A stretch of 53,722 nt of DNA from Trichomonas gallinae (taxonomy: Eukaryota): assembly GCA_008369845.1 (NCBI GenBank), contig MRSU01010034.1, positions 1-53,722 of the forward strand. The letters are read 5' to 3'. Under the pieces are notes generated by a model, which was not told the origin of the DNA, ran no database searches, and saw nothing but the letters and a program-made list of their open reading frames with translations. Position numbers and translations under genes: made by a program. Every line of letters begins with the position of its first letter. Within the stretch, counting starts at the first letter, position 1. Positions 35,360 to 46,195 of the stretch are shown piece after piece.

Positions 35360-36301
35360 TTACTGATATCTTTCGATTCTATCGAAACAAGAATTGTCTC
35401 CGATATCTTTAATATGGTATTCTAATGAATTTGAACTTACGTAAACACATGTTCCGGCATCATGTGACTGAAGTATATACTTCTCAGTGAATGAAATTGC
35501 ATTACCAAGAGTAAGTGTGCCAGAACTTTCAAAAGCTGTTGCATAGCAATTCTTCACTGTAATCATACCATTATTGTTAGAAATTGCGAATGCACAAGAA
35601 TTTCTAATAAATGATATCGTATCAATTACAGCTGTTGTACGTGAAAATGCTAATAATGCATCATAAGAAGCGATGCTGTTCTCTACAAACATCATATTTT
35701 TGATTAATCCATTTTCTGATAATGAATCAATCTTCATTGAAGTGAAAACTGCTGTTGATCCATGTATTATGTTAGATGACATGTACAAAGAATGAGCAGA
35801 TTTTGTTGCTGGACCGATTCCACAATATACAGTATTTTTTGAGAAATTGCATGATTCAATCCACTGTTTTCCTTGTTCAAGTTGCAACGCGTATGCTACT
35901 GTTGACTTATCTTTAAGTGTTGAAAAGAATCCTTTCGCGATAACGTTTTTCTCTTTTTGTCCGGATTTTATGTATGCTGAGTTTGAATTTTTAGTAGCCG
36001 TACATTCATACATGCAGATTTTGTGAATTATTACAGATGTTTTTGTAATAATAAAGAATCCACCGCCGGAACCATTGTCTTTTCCATTGGCATGGCAACG
36101 TATGAACTTTGTATCATCCAAAACCGTACGAATTCCGCCTTCAAGTCTTAAAGCTCCTCCAATTTCAGAAAATAAATCTGAAAAATAGCAGCTTCTGACC
36201 GAAAATGAGCCAGAATTCAGGTTCAAAGAATATTTTTTGTTATTTACGGCAGACAAACAAAAGTCAGCTGACAAAGAACTGCAAATTAAACAAAAAATCA
36301 T
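35360..36301 (-). CDS. Right-handed beta-helix (Pmp/pectin-lyase-like) protein
   Basis: Hydrophobic N-terminus MIFCLIC; motifs FSDLFSEIGGAL, FIRCHA..GSGGGF, FSKN, FVEN, FIRN. Confidence 0.7.
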   Translation of the reverse strand: MIFCLICSSLSADFCLSAVNNKKYSLNLNSGSFSVRSCYFSDLFSEIGGALRLEGGIRTVLDDTKFIRCHANGKDNGSGGGFFIITKTSVIIHKICMYECTATKNSNSAYIKSGQKEKNVIAKGFFSTLKDKSTVAYALQLEQGKQWIESCNFSKNTVYCGIGPATKSAHSLYMSSNIIHGSTAVFTSMKIDSLSENGLIKNMMFVENSIASYDALLAFSRTTAVIDTISFIRNSCAFAISNNNGMITVKNCYATAFESSGTLTLGNAISFTEKYILQSHDAGTCVYVSSNSLEYHIKDIGDNSCFDRIERYQ

Positions 36302-36847
36302 TCTTTTATAATACAGACAGAGTAATTCAATTTTATTTTTGACAAACGTCAGATTTTTGTCAATTTTTTATTATATTTGACAATGCCAGATTTTTTTTGA
36401 CAAATTTTATTTATATTGAGTACAAAAAAATGCCTGTGAACATCTGATCTTCCCAGCAAAATCCTCCCAAATTAAAGCTATAGATATAGTAGGACCATAT
36501 GCATCACATAAGAGAAAATCTCAAAAAGTTAGAGGAGAATAATAAGATTAAACTGTTCATTTTTTTATCAGATCCACCATTTTTTCGAAAATAATACTTA
36601 ATTTATCAGCTTCTTGTCTTTTGAACATTGTATATCAACTCATCTAAACATAAGAGCAACATGACTCCTAGTGAATAAAACACTTCCTTAAATATTCTTA
36701 AATCTTAAAAATGTCAACTTTCTGTCACTTTTGTTTCAGTTTTTTTTTGTAAAAATCATCTAAATTGAATAAACACACCAATAATCATCTATTTTTAATA
36801 TTTTTAGACTTAGATTTTTTTTGTACGTTTACTTTTCTAATATTTTC

Positions 36848-37675
36848 ATGTCTGTTTCTTTTGATATTGACGCTGCACATAAAATAATAGATACACATCA
36901 TGTGCAGGTCGATGAAGAGCTTATTGCATTGCTAAGATCGATACAAAAACGTTTATTACAGCAACATAAACAACATTATACTCCAATTATCAACAATTTG
37001 CAGAGAAAAATCGATGAACAGAAAATAGCGAACGAAACAATGACGAAAAGAGCAGAAGGAATTGATCAAGAAGCTGATAAATTAAGTATTATTTTCGAAA
37101 AAATGGTCGATCACATAAGTTTTATGAAAATGAAGGAGCAAGTATCCAATGCAAAGTCAAAGTTATTCCATGCGTGGAGAGATCTTGCCACTTCTCGCAG
37201 GATTTATGAAGATGCAATGTTCAGGATCTATTTACAAGAGCCAATGAAGAGAATTTTGTTCAAGAGGTGGGTTAGAAGGATGAATAAAGTACGTTTCAAC
37301 CGCAAGAAGAGAGAATTACGTCGTGAAAATTCGAGAGAAATGAAAGCTCAAGAAACAGAAGCAACACAGAGAATCACAGCATTACAATCAGAGCTTACAG
37401 CTGTTAGACAGCTTCTCGCGGAGCATGAAAGGCAGCATGGCGAGATGCAGCAGAAACTCAGAAGAGCCTTCATGAGAGGTGTAGTTAATCTCAACTTGGA
37501 GGCTATTGACGTATTTGGTGATGTTCCTGCAACAGATGGATTCGTTTCTGTTGCAGCACAACCATTAAAGAAGAATATGAAGATGGAAGCTCCACCGGCT
37601 TCTGATTCAGACTCTGATAATGAGGAGTTTGTAGTTGAGCCAGCTCCAAGGATTTCTGTAATTAGACACAAATGA
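36848..37675 (+). CDS. POC5: Centriolar protein POC5 homolog
   Basis: ATG at 36848; coiled coil with Sfi1-like centrin-binding FxxW repeats (LFHAWR, LFKRWV) and the POC5 box RAFMRGVVNLNLEAIDVF. Confidence 0.78.
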   Translation: MSVSFDIDAAHKIIDTHHVQVDEELIALLRSIQKRLLQQHKQHYTPIINNLQRKIDEQKIANETMTKRAEGIDQEADKLSIIFEKMVDHISFMKMKEQVSNAKSKLFHAWRDLATSRRIYEDAMFRIYLQEPMKRILFKRWVRRMNKVRFNRKKRELRRENSREMKAQETEATQRITALQSELTAVRQLLAEHERQHGEMQQKLRRAFMRGVVNLNLEAIDVFGDVPATDGFVSVAAQPLKKNMKMEAPPASDSDSDNEEFVVEPAPRISVIRHK

Positions 37676-37939
37676 AATTTTTGATAATATTTTTTCCTTC
37701 GATTTTATGTTAAATTAAAGTTATTATTTAATATATCTTCTCTTTTAAGATATCAATTATATACAAGAAATAGATTGATTCTTTATTTTTTAATTTTTGG
37801 AAATTTATTTTGATGTTACTGTAAAATCATTAAATATATTAGCTATTTATAGGGTAATCAACTCATTTTATGATTCAACTTGGTAAAAAATAAAAATAAT
37901 TATTGAGATAACATCATTTCAGTACATTTATAGATTTTC

Positions 37940-38266
37940 TTATTCAAATTCTGCTGGATCAACAACACGGTGGAGCTCTGGTGAATTCGGATTGTTTTTA
38001 ATCAAGAACATCGCAAGGCTTTCAACTGGATCTTCAGGGCGCTCTTTGATAATCCAAGAAAGTCCTTCCAAAAGCAAAGGAACAACGGTTTCTTGTATAT
38101 ATTCCTGCTTTGGAAGAGATCTAACTGGCATAGCTGTATTTAATGATAAAGCAAGCTGCTGAAGGCGCTCAGCGTCAGCGGATAATTTTTCTGTCTGTGG
38201 GGCTTCTTGTTGTTGTGGCTCTTCAGTGAGTTGTGGGGAATCTGTACCTTGTGGAACGTCTTCCAT
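37940..38266 (-). CDS. DPY30: Dpy-30 motif protein
   Basis: ATG at 38266; SLPKQEYIQETVVPLLLEGL..IKERPEDPVESLAMFLIKNN is the Dpy-30 dimerization motif. Confidence 0.85.
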   Translation of the reverse strand: MEDVPQGTDSPQLTEEPQQQEAPQTEKLSADAERLQQLALSLNTAMPVRSLPKQEYIQETVVPLLLEGLSWIIKERPEDPVESLAMFLIKNNPNSPELHRVVDPAEFE

Positions 38267-38710
38267 TTTTTTTATTAAAAAACGTACCAAAAATTAAACT
38301 GGGGGAGTCACCATTATTTTGACACTTTACAAATTTATTTGTCAAATATCAACTCATTTCAAATTTTCATGTATATCAGATTTTTTTTCATTTTTATTCA
38401 TATCATCTATAAAATATATATAGAGTAGGTACCAAATTTCCTTGTATTACATTGTGATCATCATGGTTATAGAGAATATTTGATTTAATTTCAGACCTAT
38501 TTGATTGTTAGAGTTTCTTGTGTATAGCACTGAACTCAAACCTAAATTCTGCTGCACATTACACTCTTATTTGATTTATTATACGAAAATTCGATTTTAC
38601 AGAGAAAACAAACTTTACAGAGAAAATCAAAGATTATATTTTGATATTTATAGTTACATAAATGAAATTATTTAAAAGAATAAGTAATTTATTGTACTTT
38701 TGAAAAAAAA

Positions 38711-39437
38711 TTATGAATTTTGATTATGGGCGTCAATAAACATTGCAAAAATAGTTTTTATGCCATTAAAAGATTTAAGTTCTAGGAAATTGGCTAGCTC
38801 GTGCTTCAAATGCTGCTTTAAAAATTTTCAAAGATTGACTTTTGGAATGATTATGCTGCTCAGAACACGTTTAAAGCATCCAACTATGCCAGAAGTTATA
38901 TACTATCAATTCAGAATGCACTTTTATTCATCAGAATAGATGGAAGTAAAGTAAGCTGTGCATTTCTGTGGGATTTCTGCTGGCATTTCTGATATTCTCT
39001 CACCGATATCTGAATATGTGTAAATGTAGAACTATATTATGTTTTCTGTATAGTTGTCGAATAAATGTTCAATCTTTCATGCTCGTGATCAATGATTTAA
39101 TTTGATCACGTAATTGTTTAGCAAAATTGTTTTCATACAGTGCTTTTTTGTATTGGAAATCAATTTGGAGTAATTCTGCAGAGTTTATTTGGCCAATATA
39201 TTTTTGCGGACGTTTTTGAAGAACCAAATCTATATACTCGCGCTCTAATGCAAGAGTTTGAGTTATTTTTTCACTGACATCCTGAAAACAATAGTTTTCA
39301 TCGAAATTTAATCGAAAATGTTGACTTTGTGGAGTGTTACATTCCTGAAATGTTTCTTCTCTATATTTTTGTTTGTAGTGATCAAATCTCGCCATCGTGA
39401 ACGCAAGAAATTTGGGATCTATTTCTTCCGGATTCAT
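38711..39437 (-). pseudogene. Hypothetical gene, probably 3'-degraded (ORF 39069-39437 plus a decayed downstream frame)
   Basis: Inr TCACTT precedes ATG 39437; after ATGAAAGATTGA a shifted frame reads KIEHLFDNY...SDIGERISEMPAEIPQKC...LKHELANFLELK with scattered stops; GC above the intergenic background. Confidence 0.4.
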
Positions 39438-40209
39438 TGATAAAAGTGACATAATTTTAACAGGGAGCCCCCTAATAACCTTACTATTGCTTTTAGATTT
39501 TCATTTTATATTTAAATAGAGAAAGTCAATAAATTTATATCCAATGCGTTTTTTTTACCAAAGTTAAATTAAATCTTGAAAACGTTATTAAATAAGAATC
39601 TTATAAATGCAGCATATGAAACGCATACAAACAGCACTCATTAGTCCTAAGATATTAATAAATTTCCAGAAATATCAAAAATAACTAAATTTCAATATTT
39701 AAGAATTCAAGAGAGAACAGTGCATATCACTGATTTTCCTTATTTTTAATCTAATTACTTGGTTAAATTTTTCCCAAAATAAATTCCCCATCAAAATTAC
39801 GCGAAACGTTTTCCAGTACAATCATCATATCAATGACTTAACTATCACAACAATACGACACTCGTTTGTCAAACAGTACGATCAGCGTCATAAAAAAACA
39901 TTTTAAAATCTTAAAAATAATTTGTTTACTATAGTGTTTTTTATTTAATTGATTATTAAAAACCGGACGATAGGAAATTACACGCTGTCAAAAAAATAAT
40001 CTAAAAAATGACACATTTTGAAAGATTTACAAATTTTACAATTTTTACGATTTTATTAAAAATATTTTTAAATTATATAATATGTTAAGTTCTCCAATAA
40101 ACGATTATTTTTGATTCAAATGTGAATTTTTCTGAGTGCTTTTACACCCGTAGATATTTTTTTAAAAAATTGAGTGGTAGGAGAAAAGTGAGCTCACATA
40201 TACTATAGT

Positions 40210-41172
40210 ATGCTCTCATCAGCATCACGTTACATGTCCATCTTCGTCACTAGGGAGATCAAGAAGGGTGGCATGGACATCCTCAAGAAGCATTTCAAGG
40301 ATATCATCCTTCCAAGTGCACAAGAAGGCATTCCACGCGAAGAATTCGTCGAAAAAGCACTTAAAGCCGATATTATTTTGGCAGACAGAAGAGATGTTAT
40401 CAATAAAGAAATCTTGGACAGTCCGAAACTGAAGTTAATTTCTGTTTGCGCTGCTGGCTACGACAATATTGATATCAATTATGCTACTAAAAGGAAGATC
40501 ATCGTATCGAACACCCACAGATCGCTTGCTAACACATGCGCTGATACAATTTGGTCCCTTATTATGGCTTGCGCTCGCAGAGTTGTCGAAAATGATCAAT
40601 TTGTTAAGAATGGAAGCTGGGGAAAGATCAGCCAGACAACAATGTTCGGCGTGGATGTCCACCACAAGACATTAGGCGTCATCGGTGCAGGCCATATAGG
40701 AAGATGCGTCGGTAGAAGAGGAGAAGGATTCGATATGAAGGTTCTTTACAATGATATTGGTCCACAGTACACACCATTAGACACATTACTTAAGGAATCC
40801 GATGTTGTTGTCGTCGCTTGCCCATTGACAGAGAAAACAAAGAAATTAATCGGCCGCAGAGAAATCGGATTGATGAAGCCAAACGCTATTCTCGCCAATG
40901 TTGGACGTGGTGCTGTCATTGATACAGACGCTCTCGCTGATGCTTTGGAGCAAAAGAAGATTTACGGTGCTGCACTTGATGTTATCGATCCAGAGCCACT
41001 TCCAGCCAACCACCGCATCTTGAAGAACAAGAATCTCGCTATCTTCCCACATATTGGCTCAGGAACAGCCGAATGCCAGAATGAAATGGCAATTGAAGCC
41101 GCAGAAGCTGCTGTACACTTCCTTCATGGTGAGAAGGTTCCAAACATCACAAATGCCGAACTCTACGAATGA
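40210..41172 (+). CDS. D-isomer-specific 2-hydroxyacid dehydrogenase (glyoxylate/hydroxypyruvate reductase-like) with putative hydrogenosomal presequence
   Basis: AGYDNID, GVIGAGHIG Rossmann motif, catalytic R (NVGRG), E (DPEP), H (PHIGS); N-terminus MLSSASR-Y; Inr TCACAT at 40195. Confidence 0.9.
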   Translation: MLSSASRYMSIFVTREIKKGGMDILKKHFKDIILPSAQEGIPREEFVEKALKADIILADRRDVINKEILDSPKLKLISVCAAGYDNIDINYATKRKIIVSNTHRSLANTCADTIWSLIMACARRVVENDQFVKNGSWGKISQTTMFGVDVHHKTLGVIGAGHIGRCVGRRGEGFDMKVLYNDIGPQYTPLDTLLKESDVVVVACPLTEKTKKLIGRREIGLMKPNAILANVGRGAVIDTDALADALEQKKIYGAALDVIDPEPLPANHRILKNKNLAIFPHIGSGTAECQNEMAIEAAEAAVHFLHGEKVPNITNAELYE

Positions 41173-41220
41173 AATAATTAATTTTCTTGAATTAAAAAAA
41201 TAGATTTAATTACAAACAAA

Positions 41221-42000
41221 CTATGGCATATTTTTCATATCACCATTGGCTGCAGAATCTTCATTTGATGCAAATACTTTTTCTTCTTCTAATTCATGAA
41301 ATGCATATTTCTTGCATTGCGACCAAACGGCGCTGAAAACTATGTATCCAATAAGGAATCCAGCAACAACATCATCAGGATGATGCCTGAAATCTCGGAT
41401 TCTTGTTGCTCCAACATAAAAAGCAAGAAGGAAGAATAAAGAGGCAAAAAACAGGGCCACTGTCCTACTCCATATAAAAGTCTCTTGAATTACAGCCGCT
41501 GCAAACACAAATCCTGCCATTGAAGATGAAGAGTGTCCTGAAGGCCAGCTGCGGTAGTTTTCATCAAATACGCTCTTTTTAACGTTGGGGCATGAACTAG
41601 GATCTGCATTTACGGAATCTCCGCATAACGCAAGCATATCTGGACGAGCTCTGCCAACAAAATTCTTTAAAATGTTGACTATTGTAGTTGATATAGTCAA
41701 AGATAATCCGAAATTCCATAATGCTGGGAATATTTTGAACTTCTTCACAATATTGGGGAAAAAGATCGAAATTGTAAATAAACCGCATATAAATATCAAG
41801 CCAATAACAATTACCATCACCACGACAAGCCATGTTGGTATAGTACTCTTCCCTGGATGTGGAAAATTGGAATTCGAGTCGTTAACTGGAATATACAAAG
41901 GGTTAGGCGGCGTTGATTCTGTAACAACCATTGTTACTATTGTAACAACAAGAAGAATGAAATGTGGTATATCAAATCTGTAATACCAATTTTTCACCAT
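41221..42000 (-). CDS. PAP2-family lipid phosphate phosphatase
   Basis: C1 KNFVGRARP, C2 PSGH, C3 TRIRDFRHHPDD; six hydrophobic segments. Confidence 0.9.
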   Translation of the reverse strand: MVKNWYYRFDIPHFILLVVTIVTMVVTESTPPNPLYIPVNDSNSNFPHPGKSTIPTWLVVVMVIVIGLIFICGLFTISIFFPNIVKKFKIFPALWNFGLSLTISTTIVNILKNFVGRARPDMLALCGDSVNADPSSCPNVKKSVFDENYRSWPSGHSSSSMAGFVFAAAVIQETFIWSRTVALFFASLFFLLAFYVGATRIRDFRHHPDDVVAGFLIGYIVFSAVWSQCKKYAFHELEEEKVFASNEDSAANGDMKNMP

Positions 42001-42298
42001 TTTTTACTTGAAAAAGTGTCAAAATAGTTGGGAAGATTGCTTATTTTTAGTATATTTATATAATAATGTTCTACAGATGCAAATAAGAATAATAAATAAA
42101 AATTGAGATATTTAACGTATTTTTATCATCTGAGTTTACAAAAAATGACATTTAATATTTTTGACATGTAAAATATAACTTTTTGCCGTGTAAAATCGTC
42201 ATAATTAATTTGACACATAAAATGTCATAATTAATATTGCCACGAAGCGAATTAATCCTGAGGACTACCAAGACATAATTAATTTCTCAAACAACTTA

Positions 42299-43864
42299 AT
42301 GAACATAACAAAAGATAATATAAACGATTTGAAGAAAAATCTCGACGAAATTATTCAAAAATACAAAATAATTACGCCAGAATATCTTGCCCCCGTAATA
42401 GATAAACTTTCTATCTGTAATCCAAAACATCTACTGGAGTATATTGAATTATATGAATATATGCTCGAAAAATATAAATTCAGAATACTAGTTTCTTTTT
42501 TTATCTCTGGTAGCAAGCTTCAAAAGTTATTATTATTGAAAAGAAAAGAAGAATTTAAAATGAAAACAGCTGAACCTTTTCATGAAACATTAGAAGATTT
42601 AAATACAGTTTATTAAAAAGATTCTATCATGTATTATTTACTGCATGATAATCAAAAGGAAGTATCTAGAAAGTACAAAAAAGGAATGCAATATGAAAAT
42701 GATAGTTTGATTAATCATGCGGCTAGATTTGGATCAATAAATTGTTTTAGATTTTTATTTTTATTAGATAGCAATATTGATGAGAAAACACTTCAAAATG
42801 CATATTTAGGTGGAAATCAAGAAATTATTCAAATATGCGAAAATAAATTAAACACATACAACCCTGAAAGCAATGCACTATATCCTGATAGTGATTGCGT
42901 AGAAAAACTTATTCAAACACATCAGAATGATATTTTAATTAACATTATTGAAGAAAAAAGCTTATCAAACGGTGAATTGAGAAAAAGAATTAAATATAGC
43001 TGGGCTGCATGCCATATATATTTTAACATAGATTTTTTTATTTACATGTATAACAATTTTGGGCCATTTCACATCGACAAAAGTAATAATACAATATTCT
43101 ATTGCACAACTTTTATAACTCTATTAGAATTAGAAGATGAATTATGCAATAACGATATATATGATAATTTGAATCAAGCAACTCCAGCTATAATATGGGC
43201 AAGCAGACATAATTCTCTTTCGTTACTCACAAAATTATTTGAAAGTAATAAATGTTCTCTGTCGAACAGGGCATATGGATGCAGCGCATTATCATATACA
43301 GCGGGGAGAAACTCGTTTGAATGTGCAAAATATTTGATATCGATATCGAAAGGAGACGGTGTAAAAATTTTAGACGCATATAATAGAACTGATTTATATT
43401 ATGCAGCTAAAAATGATTCATATGAAGTTGCTGAATTATTTATTAAGGAGGGAATGGATATTCATCATTTGGACAATCATGGAAGAACAGCTTTATTTGA
43501 ATGCGCAGAGTGGAACACAGTAAATGTTGCGAAATTATTGATAGCTAGTGGCGTCAAAATCAATCATCAAAACAATTTCGGTGAAACAGCATTGTCTATT
43601 TGCTCTTGGAGGGATTCTTACGATGTAGCTAAGCTTCTCATCGATAATAATGCTGATAAAGACATTGTAAGCAACGAAGGAAATTCACCTCTTATGTGGT
43701 GCTGTGAGAAAAATGCCGTCAATGTTGCAAAGCTTCTTATAGTCAGTGGTTGCAATATTTGGATTAAAAACAACGAAAACGAAGCAGCAGAAACAATATC
43801 CGCAGTAAAATCTCCGGAAATTTATAGCTACTTAATGGATCATATTCGAAAAATGCAAAAATAA
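42299..43864 (+). pseudogene. DUF3447/ankyrin-repeat gene interrupted by one in-frame TAA (42614-42616)
   Basis: ORFs 42299-42616 and 42629-43864 are in the same frame, separated only by TAA+AAAGATTCTATC (DLNTVY*KDSIMYY); AARFGSINCFRFL and GRTALF/GETALS ankyrin repeats. Confidence 0.7.
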
Positions 43865-44297
43865 TTACAAAAATGTTTGTAATTACGCATATCGAAAATA
43901 AACAAGCGTTCTATATAAATGAACTTGTGATTATTTGAATATGATATGTCTATATTAATTTTATTGAAATGATCGTAATTAAGCTTACCAAATACTACAC
44001 TGTTCTTTTAAAATATAATTCAGCTTTGAAAAGTGAAATGATAAATCATTTTTTTACATTTAATATAGCTGATTGTCATTATATAGTTGAAATACGTGTG
44101 CCACAGTATATATTGCTTACAAGATTTGCAAAATGCCTGATTTCAAAATTTAAAACTAGCATAATTGTAAGTACTGCATTAATATATTAATATATATATA
44201 TACAAAGCAGTTTGTTGTAGTTCAAATTATTAGGATTTAAAGTTAATAAAAATTTTACAATTTTAAAAGTTATTATAGAGAAAATAAATTCCGCATA

Positions 44298-44924
44298 TTA
44301 GGCAATATAGCAGCAGCCAGAGTCATCTTTCTTTTCTTTCTGCTCATCATCATCTTTCTTCAATGAAAACTTTTCGACCCTCTTTCCATCAGAACCTAAA
44401 ACTCCACAGTCAGCAATTATGATTTGCTGAGATGTTGCACCACCCTTTGAGCCGCAATTCTCGTTTGCTTTGACAACATCCATTCCTTCAACAACTTTAC
44501 CGAAAACGACATGCTTTCCATCAAGGAATGATGTATCTGCTGTTGTAATGAAGAACTGGCTACGATTCTTATTTGGACCGCTATTTGCCATTGAAAGTGT
44601 TCCTGGGCCTTCATGCTTAAGCTCGAAGTTTTCATCATCGAAGTACTGTCCATAGATTGACTCGCCACCTTTGCCATTTCCTAATGTGAAATCTCCAGAT
44701 TGGCACATGAACTTAGGAATCACTCTGTGGAATGGGCATCCTTTGTAGTGAAGTGGTTTGCCACTGACTTTACTGTTTCCACGTTGGCCGGTGCACAGCA
44801 TGGCGAAATTTTGGCATGTCTTAGGGACAACGTCTGTTCTAAGTTCAACGACGATTCTTCCTGCTTTCTCACCTCCGATTTCGATATCAAGGAATGCTCT
44901 TGGAAGAGGTTCTCCTGTTTCCGT
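44298..44924 (-). pseudogene. Cyclophilin-type PPIase starting at ACG (ATG lost or non-AUG start), with a CaaX-like tail
   Basis: Conserved N-terminal strands ([31 protein letters not shown]) lie upstream of the first ATG (44801) and begin at ACG 44924; [26 protein letters not shown]-terminus DDSGCCYIA. Confidence 0.7.
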
Positions 44925-45158
44925 AATTATTTACTTTTTGAATAACATTACATGTCAAAATACGTTTTGTAAATATTATATTTGACATGTAAACTATTTA
45001 CAAATCAGATTTTTTTGATTCAGCATCGGATTCTATCATTTAATATATTAATTATATCATTTAAATGCGAATGAATTCTATAATAATTTCGAAATTTGTA
45101 TAATTTATCTCGTAAGATTTTTATTACTTGTAGAATTAAGAGTTATATTAGTCAGATA

Positions 45159-45800
45159 TTATAGTGACATTTCATATATAGCAGGAAGCATAACCCAGCT
45201 ACAATATCTGATTGAATTATAAACTCCAATCTCAAATACAGTACTTTCTTGTATATAAACTGCTGCCCAAAGTCTTAAATGATCAGTTAATATACCATTA
45301 TAAGCAGGAATTCCAGTATTTATATAAGGACTTCCTCCTGAGCACAACATACCAACCGAAAAATACCAGGTATCTAAACCAGGACGGCCATCAATGTATG
45401 TATTTATTCCTTCAGTACCAAAAGGTATTGTTGTTCGAATTAATCCACCCCAATGTTCATCGGCTGCTTCATTTACATCTCCTTTAAATCCAGAAGCTTT
45501 ATATTTCCCAGATACTTCAAGTTCTACTGTTGGAGAGTTCAATTGTCGCCATGAATTTAATTTATTTAATGTTGGAAATTCAATCATATAATATCTATAT
45601 TTATTTGGGAATAGATATATAGAATCATTAAGATTCTTTAATAATGAGTATTTACATGGCACATTTACATTCGGAATCTCATCTGAATTAAAACATTTGC
45701 AGGAAGATGAATAATTATGCTCAAAAACTAGTTGGTATGTGAGGTCCTTAAAATTGGTAAATGTTGACCCATTAGCATAGAAATATGTATCAACTTTGAT
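45159..45800 (-). pseudogene. Trichomonad multigene-family protein (W/G-rich, fibrinogen-C/NEC-like, tentative) without a 5' ATG
   Basis: The frame stays open 46 codons upstream of the tracked GTG (IKVDTYFYANGS...YQLVFEHNY) to a TAA at 45801-45803, with no ATG until 45587; motifs KYSLL, NSWRQ, HWGGL, YIDG, WYFSVG, GIPA. Confidence 0.45.
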
Positions 45801-46195
45801 TTATTGATTACTGAATCAAAAACGGTTGTGTGGTTAATGACACTTTTTATATTTGCCTTAATTCGAATCTTATTAGTTTCGATCTATAAATATTGCATTA
45901 TTCACATTGTTTGCTAATATATTTGCAGTCAACAGCGTCTAGGTGACTGTTTTTTAAAAATCGAGTTTCCGTAAATTTTTGACATGTAAAATATACAAAA
46001 TTATTCTGATTATGACAATCTGCCATGCAAAATTCATCTCGATTTAAAACAATAGAATGTTCGATAAGACAAAATATTGAAACAATGTCTTATATATTTG
46101 ACAAGCTGTCTTATAAAGGATTTGTATGTTTGAAAAATAGAACTTTATAAAATAAGACAAATAATATGATCCAAAATAGATAACAATACATGATA

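Noticed and set aside
44915..44948. Possible 20-nt intron GTAAAT...AAACAG linking the upstream ATG (44948) to the cyclophilin
   Set aside because: Splicing it puts the ATG out of frame with the cyclophilin, and it lacks the trichomonad branch motif (ACTAAC/TCTAAC)
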